Shown in pieces: positions 54,608 to 64,000 of a stretch of 64,000 nt of DNA; within the stretch, counting starts at the first letter, position 1; the number at the start of each line of letters is the position of its first letter. Made by a program: the position numbers and the translations under genes. Source of the DNA: Cyanophora paradoxa CCMP329 (lineage: Eukaryota > Plantae > Glaucophyta); NCBI GenBank assembly GCA_004431415.1, contig QPMI01000137.1, positions 1 to 64,000 of the forward strand. The letters are read 5' to 3'. The notes under the pieces were generated by a model. That model saw nothing but the letters and a program-made list of their open reading frames with translations, was not told the DNA's origin and made no database searches.

Positions 54608-55428
54608 CCGTAGCCGCAGCCGCCCATGAGACCTCGATCTTTATATCTAAATCCGTTGCTCCTTGGCGCCTCGCTATCTGGATCCGTCGCTATTTCGCGC
54701 CGCCACCATGCGCAGCCGGCGCCGGCGCCGGCCCCCGCGCGTGGCCCGGGGGGAGCCGCTGAGCCGTGAGCCGCGGCCGGGCGGTCCATATGCATGACGT
54801 CGACATATTATATATATATATATATATGCGCATGCCGCAGTGCGCATGCGTGATCATGAGCCGCGGCTATGCGCATGCGCGCGCGTGCGCTGCGCGGCGA
54901 CGTCGATCGATATCGACGCGTACGTATACGCAGCTAGCGCTGTCATGGCCAGTGCGCATGCAGCGCATGAGCATGCGCATATGCCTCTGCTGCTACATGC
55001 ATGCCATGATGCCTGCATGCATGCGCATGCGCAGCTAGCTGCGGCCGCAAGTACTAGCTAGCGCTATATATAGGAGGGCCATCAATGGGCCAAACGCGAA
55101 AAGTCAACTCCGAGAGCTCGAGACTCGGAAGTGACGCTTGGATTGCGGAGGTTCTTATAACCGCCGCAACAGCTGTGGGGGTACCCCCTCCGAGGCTGGC
55201 GATCGCGGCGATCACGACCCTGGCGATCGCGATTTTCTCCCGATCGCGACCCTTTTCGATCGCGATTTCGAGATCGGGGACATTAATGCGATCGCGAGAA
55301 AGGAAAAATCGGAAAAGGCCGAAAAGTGCCGTTTTCACGCGTGAAATCGATCGAAAACGAGGGTTCGAATCCCGGGCCCGGATTTGGACTTGGTCAGAAT
55401 CTCGAGTCAAAATGGGAGAAAAATGTGA

Positions 55429-55509
55429 CCTGGGACTTGGGACTTGGGACTTGGGACTTGGACTTGGGACTTGGGACTTGGGAAGAGTTGGAATCAGAGT
55501 CTGGACCCA
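55429..55509 (+). repeat. Telomere-like (GGGACTT)n cassette 1 (others at 57486-57590 on +, 57915-58073 on -)
   Basis: CCT(GGGACTT)n GGGAAGAGTT...CAG.GTC...CCCA present three times with roughly 7, 6 and 13 heptamers. Confidence 0.95.
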
Positions 55510-56349
55510 AAAGCGGGGAAATTTTCGGACGGGGAGAAAAATGTCAGGCAATCTCTATTACGATTTTCCCTTTGAGTTGAATATGGCATTCGAGAGGTTG
55601 CGCGAGTTCTGGCGTTGGCACCTCACGGGACATGACATCCCCGACGTAACACCAGAGCCCAACACACAGGGCGTGCTTGAAGTCATCCGTCAATATCCGC
55701 GTCGATTCAATGAATGGATTGAGTTCCACGCGACGAGCCGTTTCCAGAGCCTCCCGAGGCCATACGCGAAAATTTCGTGAGGCTGGTGGGACCAGGCTAC
55801 GACAACCCTAACAATCATAGACCACGCCCAGCTGGCGTGACACGCGAAGCTCGAGAAGACCGTAGACTTTTCCGCAGGGAATTGAGAGAGGATAGACGGA
55901 GGCTTTCAATGGGGCTCCCGCAGATTGTGAGGGGGTACAGCCCGGATTACGAGACTTACCAAGAATTGTACGGCTTCGAAAATCCCTTTGAGAGGGCACT
56001 ACCAGGGTGAGGGGCCAGGGGGGCCCCTGAGGGTGTACCCCCCATCCGAGACTCGACCTTCGGCGGACGCACTCGGGCGATTTCCGTCAGGCCGGCTCCC
56101 TTTTTCTGCCTTCGGTCCAACGCTAAATTTGGCTTTTTTCAGGCCAGTTGGCAACGTTTTCCGTTGCGAACTAGACCGCGAAAAAAATCGCCCACAAAAC
56201 CGCGGTCCGCCGCCATTTTGGCTCACTCTTGAAACGGGTTCGCCGCCTTCTCTCAGCCCAAGGAAACCCCGCCTCTCCGAATTTTCACAAGTCCGCCCTC
56301 ACAGTCACCTCACGTTTTGCCTTTGCTGATTTCTTTTCCCTTTGCGCAG

Positions 56350-57414
56350 ATGTCGATTCCCGCTGAGCTTGCCGAGGACTTCGCCTTTGTCCAAGCAACG
56401 TGGGCTAACTCCGGTGGCACTCAAGGGGCTACCCCTGAGATGGAGCAGCGCGCCGACGCTCTGGGGTACATCTACAATTATGCCATCTTACGCGCCACTG
56501 GCCCCGAAGTGCAACTTCTCCCAAGTCCGCCTTCACGTCCAAGGCCAAGAAATCCAAGTCCAAGCAACCCAAGCCCGAGCCCCCGTCGACGTGCCCCCCG
56601 TCCCCGGCTGGGTCAAGACCGCCAACGGCTGGGGCGACCCCAAGCTTTTCGCCGAGTCTGCTGCCGAGACGCTCGCCTGGGCCTACCCCCTCAAGTCTTC
56701 ACGAATTACCCCCTCCGTCATCGTCGTCATCTGCCCTCAGCCCGTCGCCGAGCCCGCCCCGAGCCCGCCGATGACGCCAAGTCCGAGGCCTCTGACGTCG
56801 AGTCTGACATCAACGACTTCATCGACTTTGACGTGCCGATTCCATACGACTCTGAGTCGTCTTCTGACTCTGAAGGCGACAACGAAAACCCGACTCGCAA
56901 GCGCCGCATTATCAAGACCAAGTCAATCGTCAAGAAGAAGTTCATGGAGACTACGTCATTCACCGACAACTCCGAGCGCGTCAAGGACCCCGCCAAGGCA
57001 CACGAGAAGGACTTGAAGCTCGGCGCCGGCATTGCCCGTTCTCGCGTGACGTCACACTACAGCGAGCGCCTGACTCAGCACGTCAAGACCATTGAGAAGC
57101 GCGTCCTCTGCAACGAGCTCCGCAAGGAGTTGGAGCGCAAGCGGCGCCACGAGCGCCTTGTCCAGTACCAGATCAACAAGGCGCGGATCGCCGAGCGCAA
57201 GCAGAAGGAGGCGGCCGAGCTCAAGGCGCGCATCGAGGCTCAGCAGCAGCGCGAGGCAGAGGCGGCAGCGGCCTTGGCGGCGCAGCGCGAGCGCGAGCGG
57301 CAGGACTTGGTGCAGGCAGCGCAGTCCCTTCCCCGCATTCCCCTTAAGTCGGCGCCCGAGGGCCTCATTGAGTTGGTTTCCGATGACGATGACTCTGACT
57401 TTGAGATGCTGTAA
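56350..57414 (+). CDS. Virus-like element ORF of unknown function (acidic region, NLS-like RKRR, coiled coil, C-terminal SIM-like IELVSDDDD); apparent compensating frameshifts
   Basis: MSIPAELAEDF...; the middle reads better in the alternative frame (RLHVQGQEIQVQ...GWGDPKLFAESAAETLAWAYPL); C-terminal ELRKELERKRRHE...QQQREAE. Confidence 0.6.
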   Translation: MSIPAELAEDFAFVQATWANSGGTQGATPEMEQRADALGYIYNYAILRATGPEVQLLPSPPSRPRPRNPSPSNPSPSPRRRAPRPRLGQDRQRLGRPQAFRRVCCRDARLGLPPQVFTNYPLRHRRHLPSARRRARPEPADDAKSEASDVESDINDFIDFDVPIPYDSESSSDSEGDNENPTRKRRIIKTKSIVKKKFMETTSFTDNSERVKDPAKAHEKDLKLGAGIARSRVTSHYSERLTQHVKTIEKRVLCNELRKELERKRRHERLVQYQINKARIAERKQKEAAELKARIEAQQQREAEAAAALAAQRERERQDLVQAAQSLPRIPLKSAPEGLIELVSDDDDSDFEML

Positions 57415-58094
57415 ATAGTATTGCGTCATTCCATTGTACATACTTGTAAAAATTGGCCGACTATTCAGTTACGACTTGGCGCGATCCTGGGACTTGGGAC
57501 TTGGGACTTGGGACTTGGGACTTGGGACTTGGGAAGAGTTAGACTCAGGGTCTGGGCCCAGAATCTCTCTGGATCTGAGAGTTTGCCGCGCCAAGTCCCT
57601 AACCACCGGGCAGACATGTAGAGGGGTACGGAAATCTGCATATGACGTTTCTGGTGACATTCCAGGTGAGATTTCAAGCGAGGTAGAGTCTGAACTGGTG
57701 TACGACTTGTAGCATGATACTGGACATGAAAGCTCACGAGAGTATGCAACCGAAAACGGATGTGAAGAGGGGTAGGAGTTTTCGTGTGAGATGTCGAGAG
57801 AAGGAGGGTACGAGATGGGATACGAGTAAAAAAGACTACGAGTAAAAAAGACTACGAGTAAAAAAGAGTATGAGGAGTGGTAGGAGTAAAAAAGTCGGTA
57901 GAAAAACTCACCTGACTTGTCTGACAAATTTCTGATCCTGGAGAAAGTCTGGGCCGGGACCTGGGTTTCAACTCTTCCCAAGTCCCAAGTCCCAAGTCCC
58001 AAGTCCCAAGTCCCAAGTCCCAAGTCCCAAGTCCCAAGTCCCAAGTCCCAAGTCCCAAGTCCCAAGTCCCAGGTTTTTCTGAACCTAGGGCAAA

Positions 58095-58460
58095 ATGGCC
58101 CTGCTCCGGTGCACCGACTCGCAAGACGTCGCCTACAACGTCCTGGTCAACTCGGACGTACCCCCGAGTGCCTTGGAGTTTCCCTGGAGAGTGGACAGGG
58201 ACAGGGTGAGCAAGACGTTTGGAGGGCGCAAGCACTACCTCTCCCAGCTGATCCTCGGGAAGTCGCCACGTGGACGCTACGTGGAACACATCAACGGCAA
58301 CCCGCTGGACTACAGGAGGGAGAACCTGCGCTGGGCATCAATGTCGGAGATTCGCAAGAAGAGGAGGGGGTACGCCAATTTACAGGAGAAGAGCGAGGAG
58401 ATTCGGGAGATGATGGAGGCGACACAGGTGCTAATGCAGCTTAGCCAGTCTAGACGCTAG
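58095..58460 (+). CDS. HNH endonuclease-like protein (HNH_3, phage type)
   Basis: YLSQLILGKSPRGRYVEHINGNPLDYRRENLRW matches the xxHR.I......VDHINGNxLDNRxxNLR consensus, with substitutions at conserved positions (possibly inactive). Confidence 0.8.
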   Translation: MALLRCTDSQDVAYNVLVNSDVPPSALEFPWRVDRDRVSKTFGGRKHYLSQLILGKSPRGRYVEHINGNPLDYRRENLRWASMSEIRKKRRGYANLQEKSEEIREMMEATQVLMQLSQSRR

Positions 58461-59965
58461 TGGTGTGAATCTTGGTGTCGTACTCGCGACCGACCGTTTC
58501 CCAGGCCACGTAAACTTCGGCTCCGGCGCCTGGCGCTGTCGAGTTGGTAGTCGCAGTCGTGTAGTCCGCCTCTGCCTCAATTAGTTCGGCCATGAGGGTA
58601 GAGCCCACGACCATTCCAGAGGTAGGCATTCCGGCGATGTTGTTGTACAATTTGAAAGTGAATTTCGTGAAGAGGAGCCGGGGCCAGACCTGGGTACGGG
58701 GATTCGAGGCGCCGTATGAATAATCGGTACCCGAGGCGCCGCCCGTGGTGGCATTCGTCATCATCTCCTTTGCGGTCATCTTCCAGAGGTTGTACATCTC
58801 AAAGGGAACGGCCTGCGTGGTCTTGTGTGTGGCATCGATGAGGGCGCCATCTAAATGCGTTTTGATGTTCGGATTCGCACCATTCCCGAATTTGCGAGTG
58901 AGGGCGGTGTTAGCGGTGAACTTGAGTTCGAGCACGCGAATGGCGGGCCGATCAGGCACAGAGGGCTCTATCTTTTTCAGGAGGCCCGAGAGCCAGAGCG
59001 CCTCCGCCTCATCCGCGCTCACGCCCGAGTCGATGTCAAAGTACACGTACACGGAGCAGGAGGCGGGATTCTCGAAATCGTTGGAGGTGACGCGCAACAT
59101 GACGGGATTCTGGACCCTCACGGTGAGCGGGGTGGCGTAGTTTCCGTCCCACTCCACCTTGTCCGTCCCTGCGTTGGCCACGTTCCCAGCGTTGCCGTAG
59201 AAATCGGGACGATCGAGCCGGCAGACACGGTCTTCACGATGGTGGCCGAGGTGGTCGGCATTTTGCGACCTCAAATGAGAAAGATTATCCGTGAAAGAGG
59301 GTGATGTCGCCACCGATGTTCATGACGCGGGCCCCAGGCACAGAGTCAGCGTCGGTGCCGTACGCGTAGGAAATCGAGCACTCACGCAGCTCCGCGCAGA
59401 GGCTGGCGCCCGTGCTGAAGTGGGGCTGGTCGGCGGCGTAGGAGAGGGGGAAGACCTGGAACCTGAAAAAGGTGAAGGGGAAGCGGGGTAGAGTCGAGCC
59501 GCGTGGGTTGCCGCCCGTGTAGAGGGCCCCCAGGGTCGCGGGACTTGGATTGAATTTCGTGAAGAGCACGTCGCCCTTGAGCGTACCCCTCATCTGGTAA
59601 GTTCCCGTACCCGGAAGATTCGAAGAACTGGGGTACCGGTTCACGGTGGGGCCGTACCCCGTCTCCCTGAACTTGACCTCGAGACAGCGCAAGACGTTGG
59701 CAGTGGCCGTGGCAGGTGCCACCTTTTTCACGAGTCCTGATTCGTGCAGCAGCTCGATAACCTCTGCGCTGAGGCTCAGAGGGTCGAAGAAGAGCTGGTA
59801 GGAATAAATCTTGGGCGTGGCGTAGGCGTTCTGAACGACCTGAATCACGACGGGATTCTGCAGAAAGACGTCGACGTAACTGCCGGAGGGTATGCGTGCG
59901 AAATCCTTGGTGTTGTTGCCAACGTCAAGTGAGCCGCTGAGGGTCTGGTACCAGTTGGAAGTCAT
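58450..59965 (-). CDS. Two overlapping paralogous ORFs (59285-59965, 58450-59313), possibly one frameshifted ~500-aa gene with a duplicated ~220-aa domain; putative virion protein
   Basis: Both halves share, in order, QNPV, FD, SA.., SGLxKK, RxLExKF, NPR...PRxxFTxFxF, GxxLxAELxE and PGA. Confidence 0.65.
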
Positions 59966-60004
59966 TTACCCCGGGGCAGATATTTTTTCGGATCGTAGAG
60001 GAAA

Positions 60005-62140
60005 ATGCCCCGCTTCGTATTCGTGAAAAAGCAGGTGGTGCAGGCTCCGCAGTATGGCGTGGAGCCGATCTCGCTGACTGTGGGCAGGCCCCAGGTGCGA
60101 TCGGGCTCCGTGCTCAACAACGGGAACAGTACGTACGGCTTTCAGCTGAACTGGGTCGCGGTCACCAACGCCGTCAAGTACAAGGTGTACAGGGCGACCA
60201 GCATCAACGGCCCCTGGGATCTCGTGGCCACGGTGAATGCGCCAACCGTCACCTACACGGACTCTCCCTTTAGTTTGGGGCCCAGCGACTCTACCGCGTG
60301 GCGGCGGTTCGCGAACAGGGCAGCAGCAGCACGGGCTCTGATGGCAAAGCCCCGCCCACAACCTACGCACAGTCGCTTCTCTACACCCACGAGGGTGCCA
60401 TGAGCAATTACATTCTCTTCCAAGGCATAGGCGGCTTCAGCCCGCAGATCGAAGCCTACACCACGCTCACGACCGCCACGGCCCAGACCTACGGCGATTT
60501 TATTGCCGGGGGCGGCCCCGCGTCTTCGGGCTTCCCGAAACCCGCCATAGTCGTCACAATCAACTGGGTGGCCATGGAGGGCGCGGACTCGATTCGAATT
60601 TACAGGAACGGTACGCCAATCGGATTTGCGAGCAGTGCCCTGTCTACCTCGTACATTGACGATAGCACTGCTCTTACGTGGGGCACGGAATACTCTTACC
60701 AGGTGGCCGGCATCGTGGGCGGTGTCGAATACGACAAGTCCGATCCGCTCCTGGTCTGGACTATGCCAAACGCCCCCACGAACGTGACGGCATCAGCACC
60801 CAACGACCAGCAGCAGCCTGTCAGCCTCAGCTGGACTGCGTCCACGGGAGCGACGGGATACAAGATTTACAGAGACGGGGCCTACCTCACAGACTCCGCG
60901 ACCAACTCCTACAGCGACACGACCACCGTCTGGGGTACAGGGTACGAGTACCAGATCTCCGCGACGAACACGGGAGGGGAGGGGCCGAAGAGTATTGCGG
61001 CGTACGTCACCACGGACCCGGGGCGCCCACTGGGCTCACTGCAACCCCCGCGGCGGGGGCAGCACAGCCTGTTGTGCTCGAGTGGTCGGTGCCGGTGACG
61101 GGCGTCACCGTCTCCTACAACATCTACAGGGGTGGCGTGTTCCTTGCCAGCGACACGAGCAGCCCCTTTTCGGACACAACGACCGTTTACGGAACCACTT
61201 ACACTTACACCATCAAGGGCGTCAACCAGATCGGCGAGGAAGGCCCTCAGTCCTCGTCTGCCAGTGCAACAACTGCAAACGCTCCTGTTTTGGGTACATT
61301 CTCCTACACCGGGGCCGACCAGACTTTCGTAGTACCAACGGGGACTGTGGCTGTGCGTGTCATCGTATGGGCGGCCGGGGTGGAGGCGGAGAACGCGCAG
61401 GTACGGGGGTCCGTGGAGGCGCGGGTGCTTGCGTAGTTGGTACATTGGCTGTGTCCTCGGGGGAGACGCTCATCCTTGTTGTTGGATGCGGCGGCCCAAA
61501 GGGTGTATCGGGGACTGCCACTGCTACCGTCTACGGAGGTGGTGGAAGGGGCTGGAGCCATAGCGTCGATCCGGAGTACAAAAACGGCGCGGTGGTGGTC
61601 GTTCTGCAATTCAGCGCGTTGCAGGGACCGACTTGGTTGTTGCAGGGGCCGGAGGTGGGGGTACATGTGATTCGAATGGCGGCGGGGAGTAGGCGGGGGT
61701 TGACCGGTGGTGCGGCTGGGTTGGTTGGAGTAACCGGAGAGATACCGGCTCAAGGAGGCACCCAAACCGCTGGCGGAGCCGGTGTTGTGGCCTCAGGGGC
61801 CAGGCCCAGCAACCCGGGAACTTTGCGCCAAGGTGGAGAGACTGGGCCTGATTCAAGCGGCTACAGGTTCGGTGGTGGTGGTGGTGGTGGTTACTTCGGT
61901 GGAGGCTCTGGGTCCAGCAGGAGCGGAGTGTCAGAGAACCCAATAGCAAGAATGTTTGGAGGTGGCGGTGGCTCGAGCTACATAGGAAACTTGACGGATG
62001 CTACGGTGTATCCTGGGTCCGGCCAGGTGGCAGGAAATAGCGGAGACGCTCACTACGCAGCAGGCATTGGTAGGGGCGGCAACGGTGGCTCGTCTTTCAG
62101 CGACGGTGGCAACGGTCGAATTGTGATACTCGCGGTGTAG
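60005..62140 (+). CDS. Fibronectin type III repeat protein with C-terminal glycine-rich domain; split by frameshifts
   Basis: About four FN3-like units (LNWVAVTNAVKYKVYRA..TYTDS; INWVAMEGADSIRIYRNG; LSWTASTGATGYKIYRDG..YSDT..YEYQISATN; LEWSVP..SYNIYRGG) then FSYTGADQTFVVPTG..VIVWAAG and GGGGGGGYFGGGSG...GGNGRIVI*. Confidence 0.8.
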
Positions 62141-62160
62141 TTATTCCTAGTTGTTCCAGA

Positions 62161-63220
62161 TCAGCTCGCCAGTGCCGCTACCTGGTCTTTGAGAGTTTGA
62201 ACTTCTTGTGAAAGTTCCTGAATTGCCTTCAACGACAGGGAAATGAGCCTGTCGTAGTTTACCCCGAGAAATCCATCCGCGTTCTCGAAAACGAGACTCG
62301 GGAAGACGCCTTGGACTTCCTGTGCGATGAGACCGTAATCCGTTTTCGAACCCCCCGAGGATGTGTTCTTCCAGGTGAACGACACGGGATTCAGCTGCAG
62401 CAGAAGAGGGAGAATGCCCGACATGCTCGCGACATTTTCTTTCAGGCGGCTATCGCTCGACGAGTTTGTCAGGTATCCTTGAGCATCCGAATAAACGGCT
62501 CGGTTTCCATCGCCCGTGAGCGTCGAGACGATGAGCCGACCCGTGATGCCAACGCCGACGGTTCCGCACAGCAGTCGTTCGTGCCGTTGTTTCTCAAGGA
62601 TAGACCAGAGCTGACGCTTCCGCTATCAACGATTGAAGTGTTTGCTATGCTTAGGCCATTAGTAGGGCCTTCGATTGCCGAGGTAAATAGAGTACCTGTA
62701 ACACCAACGCCAAGAGTCCCACAGAGGAGTCTATCGTTTTCGTTGTACTTTATAGCTACGCCTGAACCACCGCCATTTATGTACGGTGACGTTCCGGTAA
62801 TTTGCAGCTTATCGTCCAATGTAACGATGCCCGCCAAGTTTGAAGCCCCGCTCACCCTAAGCCCCCCCACCACGTTTGCTCCGCCTCCTTGCACATACAG
62901 AGCCGCATTCCCTCCCCGTTCACAGTCCCATTAAAGGTCACCTGATTCGTGGTGTACCCGCTCCCGTCCCAGGCCCCGTTCGTGACGGTGAGCCTCTGCG
63001 TCCTCACGCGCCCCGGCACGGCCGACCCGCCCTCCCGCGTGCGCATCTTGTCGCAGCGCAGCTCGCCGACGCGGACGAGGTCGGCCTCGGAAAAGGGGAC
63101 GGCCGTGGCGTTGTAGGGGGCCTCGGTGGCCTGGTTTCCGAGGGTGGTCTCCTTAATCGTGTGATCGCCCTTGTGATTCACGCTGGCAGCATAGGTAAAT
63201 AGAGGGACAGCGACCGACAT
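62161..63220 (-). CDS. Fibre/spike protein with C-terminal peptidase S74 intramolecular chaperone domain; frameshifted
   Basis: SSDSRLKENVASMSGILPLLLQLNPVSFTWK...YGLIAQEVQGVFPSLV...LGVNYDRLISLSLKAIQELSQEVQTLK is the S74/ICA signature; upstream pieces 62469-62894 and 62852-63220 are collinear. Confidence 0.85.
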
Positions 63221-63357
63221 TTTTGGATTGCATCAGAAAATCGATTACATAAGCAGCTTGCCGATCGCGGTCCAATGAATAAAAAGCTGGACAATTTGGG
63301 TGGGCGTGACCGTCATTCTGGGTTGGAATCTCACTTTAACTGTAAAGCCAGTGTGAC

Positions 63358-64000
63358 TCACCGCCGTGACGTTGGCCCCGTAGAAATCGACATCCGTGCT
63401 GCCGCCGGGATTGATGTCGAACGAGGGGTTACGTTAATAACCGGCGTTGGGTTTGCTGGGGTCCCCAGTCCGCCTCCAGTGTCGTACGCCTGTCCGAATG
63501 TAATGTTGAACGTCACCGTGTATGTTGAATTGATGTTAAACTCCGTGTACGCAGCGTAGGAGTGGAAGGACGTGCCGTGCGTTATGTACGCATCCATGTT
63601 CACGTTTCTGTGCCCGTGGCTGGTGAGCGAGTACTCTGTGTGACTGTGCGTAGAGGGTGGGAAGGAAGTGGGTCGGTCGATGACATTATCCCAGTACACA
63701 TTGTGACTGTGTGTAGAGGGGGGGAAGGTAAGTGGCTTGCCCGTTACGTTGTCCCAATCCACGGAGATGTTCGTCAAGTCCGGGGCCGTCCAGTCGCTGA
63801 TCTGAGAGATGGTGTGCTGGTGGTCTGCGTGGGATACGTACTCGGCTTCCCCGTGATGCTATCCCACGCCCACGTTGTTGGTATCACGGGTATCGTCGGC
63901 CTCCCGCTGAGATCTGCATACGCCCCCGTGTGTGCCACCGTCGCCAGCTGCGGCACGGCAACGCCCACGGTGCTCACGGCCTGGCTCGCCCCCGGCGCCA
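63358..64000 (-). CDS. Tail-fibre-like repeat protein, 5'-incomplete, frameshifted
   Basis: LATVAHTGAYADLSGRP, WDSITGKPSTYP, WDNVTGKPLTFPPSTHSH, WDNVIDRPTSFPPSTHSH: phage tail-fibre-type W..I.GKP..FPP..HxH repeats. Confidence 0.75.

Larger units (their letters stand above)
55075..64000. mobile_element. Endogenous dsDNA virus-like element (Polinton-like virus, mirusvirus or giant-virus fragment; class unresolved), runs off the window
   Basis: Abrupt switch to densely packed, intronless ORFs with virus/phage-type products (HNH, FN3/Gly-rich, S74 chaperone, tail-fibre repeats); palindromic micro-repeat tracts disappear; distinctive terminal repeats. No polymerase, capsid, ATPase or integrase recognised in the window. 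Left boundary approximate. Confidence 0.8.

Noticed and set aside
53716-54795. Long antisense ORFs over the BOD1-like last exon (and similar shadows over other genes)
   Set aside because: Shadow ORFs of GC-rich coding sequence.
55075-64000. Bacterial or prophage contamination, or a definite Polinton/mirusvirus/giant-virus assignment
   Set aside because: NLS- and SIM-like motifs and contiguity with host genes favour a eukaryotic virus, but no hallmark gene is visible in the window, so the class is left open.

Overview
Left end of a GC-rich, intron-dense eukaryotic chromosome. A ~5.45 kb (CCCTAA)n telomere is followed within ~360 bp by compact multi-exon genes: a TBC Rab-GAP, a plastid-type 4Fe-4S ferredoxin-domain protein, a possible phycobilisome-linker-like protein, PEX19, HID1, an NVL/Rix7 AAA ATPase hosting two intronic box C/D snoRNAs, a DNAJB12-like protein, a full-length calcineurin A, a VIR3/M41-like protein, an STPG/ODF3-like protein and a BOD1/Shg1-like protein. 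TTAGGG telomeres, Phe-containing transit peptides and the linker motif suggest a phycobilisome-bearing alga, probably a glaucophyte (inference). The intergenic DNA is a patchwork of mobile DNA. Main observations: (1) an intron-containing Fanzor2/TnpB-type RNA-guided nuclease remnant (20889-21566) whose structured 3' end (putative omegaRNA) occurs three times, each next to a different flank that would act as the guide; (2) recent DNA-level captures of fragments of nearby host genes; (3) a recurring X -> X.rc(X).X palindromic micro-insertion signature; (4) a 3 kb foldback element and a hAT MITE with a perfect 8-bp TSD; (5) from ~55.1 kb to the window end, an intronless endogenous virus-like element (HNH, duplicated-domain protein, FN3/Gly-rich protein, S74 fibre, tail-fibre repeats) whose end carries three telomere-like (GGGACTT)n cassettes. 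Exon boundaries were read by eye and are approximate; no database searches were run.
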